DNA of 46,131 bases from a virus (IMGVR_UViG_3300048576_000591:1-46131), one strand, 5' to 3'; counted from the first letter of the stretch, positions 27,109 to 35,377 are shown. Notes: generated from the letters alone by a model not told the origin. Numbers and translations: made by a program.

Positions 27109-27441
27109 CTATGTAGGCGGCTGGAAGCGCAGGACCCCGCGCGCGAATAGCTGGTCAACCGGTGGATAGCCGAGCGCCTTTTCGAATGCCGTGCCATCAC
27201 CACCTACCGTCGCCATGACGCGGTCGACAAGCTTTCGATCGTCATGGCGGACCTTCGCCTCATCCACGCGGAGCCATTTCGATACGGTCGCGAGCCAGCG
27301 AAGGTGAAGCACTCTCGCCTCAGCGATTTCGGCCGGGGTGTGATGGCCGTCGACGCGAACCGCTGGCGTAATAACTCGAGCTTCTGTTTCGAAACGGGGC
27401 GCGGCTGCGCGCTTTCGCACCGCTGCTGAGGCTCTCGCCAT
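27109..27441 (-). CDS. Hypothetical protein
   Basis: ATG directly follows the GIY-YIG stop codon. Confidence 0.55.
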   Translation of the reverse strand: MARASAAVRKRAAAPRFETEARVITPAVRVDGHHTPAEIAEARVLHLRWLATVSKWLRVDEAKVRHDDRKLVDRVMATVGGDGTAFEKALGYPPVDQLFARGVLRFQPPT

Positions 27442-28005
27442 CTACCCAACCTTGGTGATGGAATTGGATTTCATCCACTCATCGATGAGGGCGCGTTCCT
27501 GCAGATCCTTTGCCCGGTCTCTCCGCCTTCGCCACGGCTTGGTTATCGCGATGCCAATCTTCTTCGCCTGAATATCTTCGCGCGCCCGCGCGGTGTATTC
27601 GCCGTCACCGGTGTGCAGATTTACGAGCTGATCACCCCTCGCCTCGATCCATTCTCGTTCCGCTCTGCCCAGGTCAGCAGGGTTGTGCTCCAAAATCACA
27701 ACGCGGAGATCGTCACCAGCCCTAGCCAGCCGCTTTTGCAGATTTAGCTGGACCTTCGCGGGGTTGGCATAACTTGAGAACCGCGACTTAGCGTTCGTCG
27801 TTTTGCCTATATAGAACACACCGTCGCCATCTCGCAGGCCGTAGATCAAGCTACCCGGAATCTTCTTGGCTTCGGAAAGCGTGTATTCCCGATCGAGGTC
27901 GGGAGGCGCAATGGTTGCCTTCTTCGGCGGTGAGAAGTCCAAGCGACGCCGCGATTTGTTGTTGCGACGTATCCGAACTTCCAATCTGTTCACTGGTTTA
28001 CGCAT
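27442..28005 (-). CDS. GIY-YIG family endonuclease
   Basis: IYGL...FYIGKT....R, later AEREWI and LVN. Confidence 0.8.
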   Translation of the reverse strand: MRKPVNRLEVRIRRNNKSRRRLDFSPPKKATIAPPDLDREYTLSEAKKIPGSLIYGLRDGDGVFYIGKTTNAKSRFSSYANPAKVQLNLQKRLARAGDDLRVVILEHNPADLGRAEREWIEARGDQLVNLHTGDGEYTARAREDIQAKKIGIAITKPWRRRRDRAKDLQERALIDEWMKSNSITKVG

Positions 28006-28057
28006 TGGACGCACCTCTAGCGTTGGTAGAGGGCATCGTTTCTGCGAAGCAGTTGAG

Positions 28058-28087
28058 AACATAAGAGAATCGCTTCATCGCCGTCAA
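28058..28087 (-). promoter_or_regulatory. Putative late (pR'-like) sigma70 promoter
   Basis: TTGACG-N18-TATGTT downstream of the NusG-like gene, followed by leader hairpins. Confidence 0.5.
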
Positions 28088-28112
28088 TTGGCTTTCTGCA
28101 CCACGTTATGGA

Positions 28113-28343
28113 TTAGTAACGCGCCCTTGCCGGGTTCATTTCGTCATAGAGTTGGCACAGGGCATCCATCTTCACTTTGATGGCGTCCCTTGCCTTCCCG
28201 ATGTTTTCTGATTTCGGATGACAATCTTCGTCCTGCCACCGGTGAAGGGTGGTCGTCGAAATACCCGCAGCACGCGCCGCAGCCTTCGGTGTTCCGAATG
28301 CCTTTATTAGGGCCGTCGCCACATTGGATCCGGTGAGGATCAT
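28113..28343 (-). CDS. Small HTH (Cro/XRE-like) protein
   Basis: KAAARAAGISTTTLHRW. Confidence 0.75.
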   Translation of the reverse strand: MILTGSNVATALIKAFGTPKAAARAAGISTTTLHRWQDEDCHPKSENIGKARDAIKVKMDALCQLYDEMNPARARY

Positions 28344-28879
28344 CACGCCCTCCTCTTCATCTCGGCCGGCATGAAGACGATGTCGCAATCGGCGATCTGC
28401 GGCGATGCCAATCCGCCGAAATCGAGCCACGCCCAACCGCGGCTGAAGTCGACCAGCTTCCCGATCCGGTCTTTGAAGGCGCCGCGGACGATGCGGTAAT
28501 CGGCGCCGCGCTCGAGATCTTTGCGGCCTCCTCCGGTCTTGTGTCCGACCAGACCTGCCCGCTCGGCGTCCTCGCGCTTCCTGTGCTCATCGATGAGGCT
28601 GGAAAGAACGCTTCCTGGGTGACCCGGGCGGCTTTCGAGGAAGTGCATGACGCCACGGCGGCTGCGAGCCAGGCTGTACTCGCTGTCGTTGTCGTCAAAG
28701 CGGGCGTAGAAATACGGCGGCATGAGCAGCTCGCAGGTGAGCTTCATCTTGCCCTTCAACGTCCTCTCACGCTCCCAGGTGCGGGGGAAATGCACCTCGA
28801 TCAGCACTTCCTTCAGGCTGACCTCTGCCAGCTCCCCGCGCCCGCTTTGGGCCACGCCTACGTGCCATGCCATTGTCAT
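28343..28879 (-). CDS. NusG/RfaH-like transcription antiterminator
   Basis: AWHV, LMPPYFYARF and RGV..FL (NGN domain); RIVRGAFKDRIG (KOW-like); sits in the lambda Q position. Confidence 0.8.
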   Translation of the reverse strand: MTMAWHVGVAQSGRGELAEVSLKEVLIEVHFPRTWERERTLKGKMKLTCELLMPPYFYARFDDNDSEYSLARSRRGVMHFLESRPGHPGSVLSSLIDEHRKREDAERAGLVGHKTGGGRKDLERGADYRIVRGAFKDRIGKLVDFSRGWAWLDFGGLASPQIADCDIVFMPAEMKRRA

Positions 28880-29886
28880 CGGATAGTTCTCCCATCGCTC
28901 GTTCTGTTGTCGTTGCATTCGATCACCACGTCGGTGCCGAAGGCATGGGCCAATGCGCCCTGATAGTTTTTCGCAATCCAGTTCCGCCGATAGGGCTTGT
29001 CCGCAACGATCCTCACGGGATCACCGGTGATCAGCTCAACGGCGCCGCCGCCGAACCACTGGGCGAACACGGGCGCGCCGATCGCCTCGATCAGCTTCTG
29101 CCCGGGGTCGCCCCAATCCGGAGCCGCAGGAAGATCACCACTGGCCGCGGGCCGGCTCGCGTCGAGGAATCCGTCGAAGCGACGCTGGCTCAGGAAGCGT
29201 TCAGCATGCACCGGTCGATAGTCCGGACGCTTCTGGCAGTAGGCCTTGAACGCCGGGATGGCGGCTTGCGCGGCCGCTCGATCTTCCGGCGACAGCCTCA
29301 CCCACTTTTCCGCCGCGGCCTTCTTCGACATGTTCGGATCGGTCGGGTAATCGCGCCAGAATGCTTCGAAGGCTTCCGGGTAGGTCTTACGTTCCGATCT
29401 TGGCTTTGGAGGCGGCAACGGGTCCGCGCCAGCGGACAAGAGATCTTCTTTCTTATCTGGTTCTGGATATGGTTCATGGATAGCTACGTTTTCGCTAGCT
29501 TGTTTTGCTGGCGAAGCTGTAGCGTCTGCTAAGACCGCATTCTTTGTTTTCAACGCCTTAGCTTTTCCACCAAGCGAACCACTGACGCGGTTGGCCTCAA
29601 TCTTTTCGATGACGCCAACTAGGTCTTTCTTGACGCGTTTTTGACTCCATCCGCCGGCGGAAACCTCGAACAAATCCACGAGCGCGGGCCGCGCCTTTTC
29701 CCATGCGCGCGGGCTAAGCCTAGCAATCCTGGCGAGGCGCTTCTCATCTAGTGGAAGCGCTGCACCATTCGAACGCCACTGCGCCATCATCAACAGCATG
29801 TAGGCCCCGAACTCTTCGGTTGTCAGATGCGTCGTGTCGGCGATCAGCGCGTCGGTGGCGACCGGCCATATGGGGGCTTTGCTCAC
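28876..29886 (-). CDS. Replication initiator (DUF1376/YdaU-like) with a C-terminal DnaA-domain-I-like region
   Basis: ADTTHLTTEEFGAYMLLM; FEAFW..YP; C-terminal FAQWF.....ADKPYRRNWI..NY. Confidence 0.85.
   Translation of the reverse strand: MSKAPIWPVATDALIADTTHLTTEEFGAYMLLMMAQWRSNGAALPLDEKRLARIARLSPRAWEKARPALVDLFEVSAGGWSQKRVKKDLVGVIEKIEANRVSGSLGGKAKALKTKNAVLADATASPAKQASENVAIHEPYPEPDKKEDLLSAGADPLPPPKPRSERKTYPEAFEAFWRDYPTDPNMSKKAAAEKWVRLSPEDRAAAQAAIPAFKAYCQKRPDYRPVHAERFLSQRRFDGFLDASRPAASGDLPAAPDWGDPGQKLIEAIGAPVFAQWFGGGAVELITGDPVRIVADKPYRRNWIAKNYQGALAHAFGTDVVIECNDNRTSDGRTIR
29440..29570. other. Probable replication origin inside the initiator gene
   Basis: Clustered TAGC/GCTA motifs next to a pyrimidine-skewed AT-rich tract, as in lambda O. 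Confidence 0.45.
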
Positions 29887-30392
29887 TTCCGGCCCCGCTG
29901 GTTGTGACGCTGCTCTACCGGGGATGCCCACCGACAATTCGACGGCTCATAGTTCCCATCCGGGTCAATGCGATCGATCGAATATTCGTGGCTTGGTCGA
30001 GGTCCCATGTCGGCCAAAAACAGCTCGAAGCAGCTCCACCTCTCGCAGACGCGGATTCCTCTTCCGCCGTATATCTCATAGCTATGGACACATGGATATT
30101 TGCACCGCGCATGCATAGCCGCCCAAGAAATGTACTCAGGTGACCTTTTGGCCCTGCTCGAATTTCCATGTTTGAAGGAGCGAAGATAGGCGTTTGCCGC
30201 TGCGACTTCTCGGTTCCAGCAACCACATGACTTCGTGGCACCGCTTCGAAGGCGCTGAACTAAAGTCCGGATTTCGCCACCGCAATCACAATGGCAAAGC
30301 CATAGCCGCTGCCCGTGGTTGTTGTATCCATCGAAACGGATGGCTACGAGGCGGAAAAATCGCTGGCCTGTGAGATCCGCGGTATTATGCAT
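29883..30392 (-). CDS. HNH endonuclease-like protein
   Basis: WLCHCDCG, SCGC, YGGRGI.VCERW and SIDRIDPDGNYEPSNCRWA motifs. Confidence 0.9.
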   Translation of the reverse strand: MHNTADLTGQRFFRLVAIRFDGYNNHGQRLWLCHCDCGGEIRTLVQRLRSGATKSCGCWNREVAAANAYLRSFKHGNSSRAKRSPEYISWAAMHARCKYPCVHSYEIYGGRGIRVCERWSCFELFLADMGPRPSHEYSIDRIDPDGNYEPSNCRWASPVEQRHNQRGRK

Positions 30393-31002
30393 GGCGCACC
30401 TCGGCAGTTGGTGCGTACAGCACAAACGGAGCGCGCGGCGCGCGGATCACCCGCTTTTCCCAAATGTACCAACAATGATTCCCACTCGGGCCACCCGCCT
30501 TCTTTCCGTCCGGTTTGATCTCGCGAGGAAACCACTCGATGCGGCGGTTCAGGACGATGCGGCCGGCGAAGTGCTCGCAATCCCGGAACAGGTGTCGACG
30601 GCCGCCGGCGCTATCGAAGTCTGCCTGCAACAGCAGGGCGAGGACGCCGCCTAGCGGAAGCTGTTCCAAGCCGCGCACGATGAAACGCTCTGCGGTGTGC
30701 CCCTGCGGCCCGTATGGCGGGTTTGAGATGATGTCTTGGAAATCGTAGCGCGCCGCCGCCTCTGGCGCGAAAAAATCGAGTTGCTCCAGCATATCCTGGA
30801 AGCCGTAGTCGTGAAGATCTGTCGCCAGCACGCGCGCGCCAAGGGCAGAAAGCGCGCGCACCATCTTCCCCTCGCCGCACGCGGGCTCCCACACCCTCCG
30901 TCCGGCCAGGTTGATGTGCTCGCCGAGAGAGGCGGTCACCCAAGCCAGCGTCTGATACAGATCGGAGGGAACGCGTGCGTATCCGGAATTGCGGGTGCTC
31001 AT
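30385..31002 (-). CDS. DNA N6-adenine methyltransferase
   Basis: DLYQT, WEPACGEG (motif I) and NPPY (motif IV). Confidence 0.85.
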   Translation of the reverse strand: MSTRNSGYARVPSDLYQTLAWVTASLGEHINLAGRRVWEPACGEGKMVRALSALGARVLATDLHDYGFQDMLEQLDFFAPEAAARYDFQDIISNPPYGPQGHTAERFIVRGLEQLPLGGVLALLLQADFDSAGGRRHLFRDCEHFAGRIVLNRRIEWFPREIKPDGKKAGGPSGNHCWYIWEKRVIRAPRAPFVLYAPTAEVRHA

Positions 31003-31010
31003 AAAAGGCC

Positions 31011-31253
31011 TCAGCGCATTCCAATCTTGGTCAGGTAGAGGTCGAGCATCGCGTCGGCTTCTTGGAAGTCGGCTTTATCCATTTTACGGAGCCGCACGAC
31101 CTGGCGCATTATCTTGACGTCAAAGCCTTCGCCTTTGGCCTCGGCGTAGACCTCCTTGATGTCGTCAGCGAGAGCCTTCTTCTCCTCTTCCAGACGTTCC
31201 ACGCGTTCTATGAACGAACGCAGGCGATCCTCTGAGAATGTGGTTTTTGCCAT
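31011..31253 (-). CDS. gapR: DUF2312 / GapR-like nucleoid-associated protein
   Basis: [31 protein letters not shown]. Confidence 0.92.
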   Translation of the reverse strand: MAKTTFSEDRLRSFIERVERLEEEKKALADDIKEVYAEAKGEGFDVKIMRQVVRLRKMDKADFQEADAMLDLYLTKIGMR

Positions 31254-31263
31254 TTCTCTCCCC

Positions 31264-31470
31264 CTAATCGTTGTTGTATGCGTGCCAAGGCTGCTTGGCC
31301 GGTTCGCCGACCTCGACGCCCTTCTCGTTCGCGAATCGCGCCGGCGGCGTGTAGGGCTCGAGCCGGAGGTCCTTGCGCAGGCACTCGTTGGTTTCGCGAC
31401 GGATCGCGTCACGCACGCGCAAATCGCAGCGCTTGGCTTCCGGCGGTATCGGACGAAGATGCAGCATCAC
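31264..31470 (-). CDS. Hypothetical protein
   Basis: Overlap coupling to the upstream gene. Confidence 0.5.
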   Translation of the reverse strand: MMLHLRPIPPEAKRCDLRVRDAIRRETNECLRKDLRLEPYTPPARFANEKGVEVGEPAKQPWHAYNND

Positions 31471-31913
31471 TTCCTCCCCATCAGGCGTGTGAGAAGTGCA
31501 CGCGCTGCAGAACCCTCTGGCCCAGGATCTGCGGCGACGACATGCAGACCGGCGATCACGGCGTTGAGCGCGTGAGGTCCGTTGTCATCACCAACGATTT
31601 CGGAGAGGACAAACTCAGCGACAGCCGGGATGCAGCGCGCCATGTTCAGCAGCTTGTCCATGCTGGGAGCCGAGCGCCCCGACTTCCACTGCTTGCCCGC
31701 TTCTTTGGTGGCTTGCGCGCCCTGCGCCAGGGTTCCGACTTGGATCATGCGCGCTACGGTACTGAAGCGCGCCGCCGTGTCAGCTTTCCTGATGGGGCTA
31801 AAATTCGTCTTGATGGGGCAAAAATTCGTCGGGGCTGTGGATAAACTTGTACCCTTCGAGCTCGTAGACGTTAACGATTTTTCCGTACCAGGATCATCTC
31901 GCCGCGAACACAT
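31467..31913 (-). CDS. HTH protein in the CII position (start uncertain)
   Basis: KEAGKQWKSGRSAPSMDKLL HTH-like segment. Confidence 0.55.
   Translation of the reverse strand: MCSRRDDPGTEKSLTSTSSKGTSLSTAPTNFCPIKTNFSPIRKADTAARFSTVARMIQVGTLAQGAQATKEAGKQWKSGRSAPSMDKLLNMARCIPAVAEFVLSEIVGDDNGPHALNAVIAGLHVVAADPGPEGSAARALLTRLMGRK
31790..31844. repeat. 21-bp-period tandem repeat followed by a perfect DnaA box
   Basis: TGATGGGGC(T/A)AAAATTCGTC twice (31790-31830); TGTGGATAA at 31836-31844. Confidence 0.7.
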
Positions 31914-32047
31914 CGTGCGACGAGAGAGGATTGATGGAACGAGTTCGACACCAGAACGCTGCGCCTCAACGGCACCTTCTGTGCCCGGCATCGACGCAGC
32001 TGCGTGGCGGCGATCGGCCTGGGGTTCAACGCATTTTGCGGCGCACG

Positions 32048-32581
32048 TCATCGCGCGGCCTCGCGGTAGAGGCTGGCGCCCCGGGTTATGGCCACCGGTC
32101 GGGGGGCGACCGGTTGGTGGAGTTGGCCGCCCAGGGCGCCCCTATTCGCGGTCGAGTTCATTCCGCGAATTACGAAAATCGGAGTGGTGCTCGGCTTCAC
32201 CGGTTCGGCGGCGAGCGCGGGAAACAGGTGGGAGGCATCCTTGATCGAGCGCGGGCGGAAGCTCTCGCTCGCGATGCGGTGCAGGAGAATGCGAACGCGG
32301 TCCGCGAATTCATCCCCGCACGCGATCCGACGCTCAGTGGATCGGAGCGCCTGCATAGCGGTCGTGTGATCCTTCCGTCCGAACAAGCGACCAAGTACCG
32401 TCGTGCTGATCGGGCGCCCGTAGGCTCCTGGGACACATTGCCGACACAGCCACATTGCGAGCTGACGCGGATGGGCCGCGGCATGCCGCTTTGCGCTGGT
32501 CAGCAGCTCGCCGACTGTGATGCCGTATTCATCGGCAACGACACGCTTGACCCGGTCGACGGTGTTCGAAGCAGTGGTCAT
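32048..32581 (-). CDS. DnaA C-terminal (domain IV) HTH-containing protein
   Basis: VADEYGI..EL....R....PRQLAMWL...LGRLFGRKDHTT. Confidence 0.88.
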   Translation of the reverse strand: MTTASNTVDRVKRVVADEYGITVGELLTSAKRHAAAHPRQLAMWLCRQCVPGAYGRPISTTVLGRLFGRKDHTTAMQALRSTERRIACGDEFADRVRILLHRIASESFRPRSIKDASHLFPALAAEPVKPSTTPIFVIRGMNSTANRGALGGQLHQPVAPRPVAITRGASLYREAAR

Positions 32582-32823
32582 GCCGCGCTTTCTCGGTGGA
32601 GATCGGAATGATTGACGGTTCCGTCTACCGGATAGATGTCAGGCCTGAGAGCGTTCCTCGATATTCCGGTGATCCTCTCGACTTCGAGAACCCGGGTCGG
32701 CGGGACGCGCCTCCACTGCGAAAGCGCTTGTGTGGTTATGCCGAGTTTCTCGGCAAGGGCAGCGAGGTTACCGTTCCTCTGCCCCATGGCATCAATTGCC
32801 TTCTGAAGAGCTATGTCGCGCAT
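32578..32823 (-). CDS. cro: Cro-like repressor (YdaS family)
   Basis: LAEKLGITTQALSQW and LRPDIY motifs; divergent from cI. Confidence 0.9.
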   Translation of the reverse strand: MRDIALQKAIDAMGQRNGNLAALAEKLGITTQALSQWRRVPPTRVLEVERITGISRNALRPDIYPVDGTVNHSDLHRESAA

Positions 32824-32829
32824 GCCCAA

Positions 32830-32869
32830 AGCGTAAGTATTGCTTAACTCGATGTCAAGCCATTCTTAC
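32830..32869 (-). promoter_or_regulatory. pR promoter with two operator sites
   Basis: TTGACA-N17-TACGCT on the minus strand; GTAAGTATTGCTTAAC at 32833-32848 and GTCAAGCCATTCTTAC at 32854-32869. Confidence 0.8.
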
Positions 32870-32905
32870 GGAGACGAGTGTCACGGTTCACGACAGATTC
32901 CAGGA

Positions 32906-33565
32906 ATGGAAGAATCTGGCCTTGGAAAACGATTACGTGAAGCACGTCTCTTGCGCGACAGAAGCCAAGACGAGGTGGGGCGCGCCTGTGGCGTATCTCG
33001 GGCTGCAGTTGCTCAATGGGAAAAGGGCACCACCGCACCTACCGCTGACAAGATAGAGGCGATTTGCGAGCTTCTCGATATCGATCCGGTATGGCTGCTG
33101 ACCGGAAAGCACAGCAAGGGCGTCAAACCCAGTAAGGAGATCGGGGTCGCGATGGTCAGCGTCCCGGAATATGACGTTCGTGCATCGGCCGGCGGCGGTT
33201 TTATGGTCGACCGTGAAAAGCAGAAGGACGTCTGGCCATTTTCACGCCGCTATATCCAAGATGAGCTGCGCCTGACCGCGTCGAGCTTAGTGGTACTGGA
33301 AACCATCGGCGATAGCATGGAGCCAACGCTACGATCTGGCGACCGCGTGCTTGTGAACATGGCAGATAAGCGCGCCAGTCAACCAGGCATCTTTGTTTTG
33401 TGGGATGGAGATGGAACGGTCGTTAAGCGCATTGAGTTGGTCCCAAATAGCAAACCAATCAAGCTGCGGCGAATCAGCGACAACCCGCTTCACGGCTCGT
33501 ACGAAGTATTAGCCTCAGACACAGTTATTGTCGGCCGCGTGGTCTGGTTCGCTAGGAGAATGTAG
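32906..33565 (+). CDS. cI: CI-like repressor (XRE HTH plus S24 peptidase)
   Basis: HTH SQDEVGRACGVSRAAVAQWE; ASAG cleavage site; GDSMEP Ser; VKR Lys. Confidence 0.95.
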   Translation: MEESGLGKRLREARLLRDRSQDEVGRACGVSRAAVAQWEKGTTAPTADKIEAICELLDIDPVWLLTGKHSKGVKPSKEIGVAMVSVPEYDVRASAGGGFMVDREKQKDVWPFSRRYIQDELRLTASSLVVLETIGDSMEPTLRSGDRVLVNMADKRASQPGIFVLWDGDGTVVKRIELVPNSKPIKLRRISDNPLHGSYEVLASDTVIVGRVVWFARRM

Positions 33566-33600
33566 GTTCTCGATCACCTTTTAAAGATTCGAGCTATATT

Positions 33601-33945
33601 TCAACCACCTACAATATTTATGCCACGGGCTTCCCATGATCCATTTGGAAGCTCGTGAACCGTTGCCGCCCATGTTGAGCGGAGTTTCGCCCCAAAACCA
33701 TTCTGGGCATCGACGTAGCCGGAAACCGACCACCACCCCCCACCAGCATCATAGGCCTTGATTTCAGAGCAGCTTTGAAATGAGGCCGTGGATGGCGCCC
33801 TAAGCCGCTTCTTGACCATCTCTTCGGCCATGATGCAGGCCATCGTGTTGCCACCGGGGTCTTTGTTGCTCCGAAATAGGATCGATCCAGTCCCCACAAC
33901 GATGATAATCAGCATCAACAGGCTGAATATTGTGCTGAATTTCAT
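33601..33945 (-). CDS. Membrane-anchored hypothetical protein in the immunity region
   Basis: N-terminal TM; VKKRLRAPSTASF and VDAQNGFGA motifs; AGGAGG RBS. Confidence 0.8.
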   Translation of the reverse strand: MKFSTIFSLLMLIIIVVGTGSILFRSNKDPGGNTMACIMAEEMVKKRLRAPSTASFQSCSEIKAYDAGGGWWSVSGYVDAQNGFGAKLRSTWAATVHELPNGSWEARGINIVGG

Positions 33946-34052
33946 CCCCCCACCTCCTTAAGCGCTAGTGACCTGAGGCGACTAGGCCGGCCAACGAGAA
34001 CATCGTTCCTGGCCTACCCCATCTATTCACGCCTAAACGGGCGCAGTTCAAC

Positions 34053-34092
34053 GTAAGTATTGCTTGACACTGAGGTAAGCGATACTTAACTT
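34053..34092 (+). promoter_or_regulatory. pL promoter with two operator sites
   Basis: TTGACA(34064)-N17-TAACTT; GTAAGTATTGCTTGAC at 34053-34068 and GTAAGCGATACTTAAC at 34075-34090, matching the pR sites. Confidence 0.8.
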
Positions 34093-34128
34093 CCTCTCCA
34101 AGGCGCCCAGGCGCGGAGGGAGACGGAA

Positions 34129-34329
34129 ATGCAAGTCACCGAGCTTACGAAGATCAGTTGGCATCCGGGAACGCCCGGCGGCCTGACCGCTGCTGAGGCG
34201 CAGAGCCTTGGATTCGTCGTTGCTGAGCCGGCGGTGCAGCCGAAGCGGCGGTGGAACTGGACGCGCATCTCGGTGTTCGCCCTCCTCGGCTTGATCGACG
34301 GCGCCATCCTTCTCTTCGGCTTTCACTGA
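34129..34329 (+). CDS. Small protein with a C-terminal TM helix
   Basis: First gene after pL; GGAG RBS. Confidence 0.7.
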   Translation: MQVTELTKISWHPGTPGGLTAAEAQSLGFVVAEPAVQPKRRWNWTRISVFALLGLIDGAILLFGFH

Positions 34330-34339
34330 GGGCGCGGCG

Positions 34340-34459
34340 ATGGAACAGACCTCCAATACCTCGTCAATCAGCTGGAGCTGCTCGCTCAAAATCGGCGCCG
34401 CCATCGCGTTCCTGATCACGTTCGCGGTCGTCTATGCGATCTATCCGGGGGCGTTCTGA
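34340..34459 (+). CDS. 39-aa single-TM peptide (not in ORF track)
   Basis: MEQTSNTSSISWSCSLKIGAAIAFLITFAVVYAIYPGAF; stop overlaps the next ATG. Confidence 0.65.
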   Translation: MEQTSNTSSISWSCSLKIGAAIAFLITFAVVYAIYPGAF

Positions 34460-34725
34460 TGAGCACCGCAGACCAGCGAGCCTTGGCCGACACGATGCGC
34501 GATGTTGTCCTGCAGAAGCCTGTCGCGCTCGTCTACTGCGATCAGATCGCCCACATCATCCGGCGCGAACTCGCATCGGGTTGGAGCGGCTTCGCCGAGA
34601 TCGGCCGTGTCGAATACGACCTGCATCCGCAAGGCGGCTACCTCGTATCGACCAAGAAGACGATCCGCGTCACCGACCGCAACGGCCGCAAGTACCGCAT
34701 CACCGTCGAGGAGGACGCTCAATGA
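34459..34725 (+). CDS. Hypothetical early protein
   Basis: TGATG coupling. Confidence 0.7.
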   Translation: MSTADQRALADTMRDVVLQKPVALVYCDQIAHIIRRELASGWSGFAEIGRVEYDLHPQGGYLVSTKKTIRVTDRNGRKYRITVEEDAQ

Positions 34726-35084
34726 GCATCGTCTATCTCGTCGCTGACGAACTGCGCACAGGCTCCGTCGTCTTCGGCGAAACCACTATTCCGACCTATG
34801 GCGACATGACCGAGGCCGACGCCGCGGCCGCGCTGCTGGAATGTGTTGGAAAGCCAGTGCGTGTCATCGGCATGGACACCGAGACGCTCCGCACCTGGGA
34901 CGCCTCTGCAGCTGTCGCGCGATATCTCGCCGACGAGCGTCACGCCCGCGGCGAAGAACCGCTCACCGGCGCGATCGGCGACTTCATCTGGCGCCACGCG
35001 CCGGCCGATGTCGACGTCGGGTACCGCGGGCCCATCAACGATTTCAGCGACAGCTACGCGCATCTGCGCGCGGCGGCGGAGTGA
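34722..35084 (+). CDS. Hypothetical early protein
   Basis: ATGA overlap and GGAGG RBS (MSIVYLV). Confidence 0.7.
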   Translation: MSIVYLVADELRTGSVVFGETTIPTYGDMTEADAAAALLECVGKPVRVIGMDTETLRTWDASAAVARYLADERHARGEEPLTGAIGDFIWRHAPADVDVGYRGPINDFSDSYAHLRAAAE

Positions 35085-35377
35085 TGGCGATGACCAATCA
35101 CACACCGGGACCATGGCGAAAAGAAGCTCATGGCGATGGCTGGCACATTCTGGGGAACATCGGTCCGGAAAAAACGACGGTATATGTCGCGACCGCGCAC
35201 GGGATGCGGCCGAATGATGCCTGCCTGATAGCCGCCGCTCCTGAGCTGCTGGAAGCATTGCAGGGCCTTGTTCGATACGCCGAAGCGGTTGGATACACCG
35301 CCGGCATGGGAAAGACGCAGAAGGCGCGCCTCGATGCCGCCCTCGCCGCCGTCGCAAAAGCGACAGGTGGAGCATGA
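35084..35377 (+). CDS. Conserved phage early protein (HTPGPW...LIAAAPELL type)
   Basis: HTPGPW and A.LIAAAPELLEAL motifs. Confidence 0.8.
   Translation: MAMTNHTPGPWRKEAHGDGWHILGNIGPEKTTVYVATAHGMRPNDACLIAAAPELLEALQGLVRYAEAVGYTAGMGKTQKARLDAALAAVAKATGGA

Noticed and set aside
27109-28005. Group I intron encoding the GIY-YIG nuclease
   Set aside because: No interrupted host gene and no recognisable P7 core; it appears free-standing
28057-28071. Alphaproteobacterial LexA box over the putative late promoter
   Set aside because: GAAC-N6-GAAT does not fit the GAAC-N7-GAAC consensus; too weak to call
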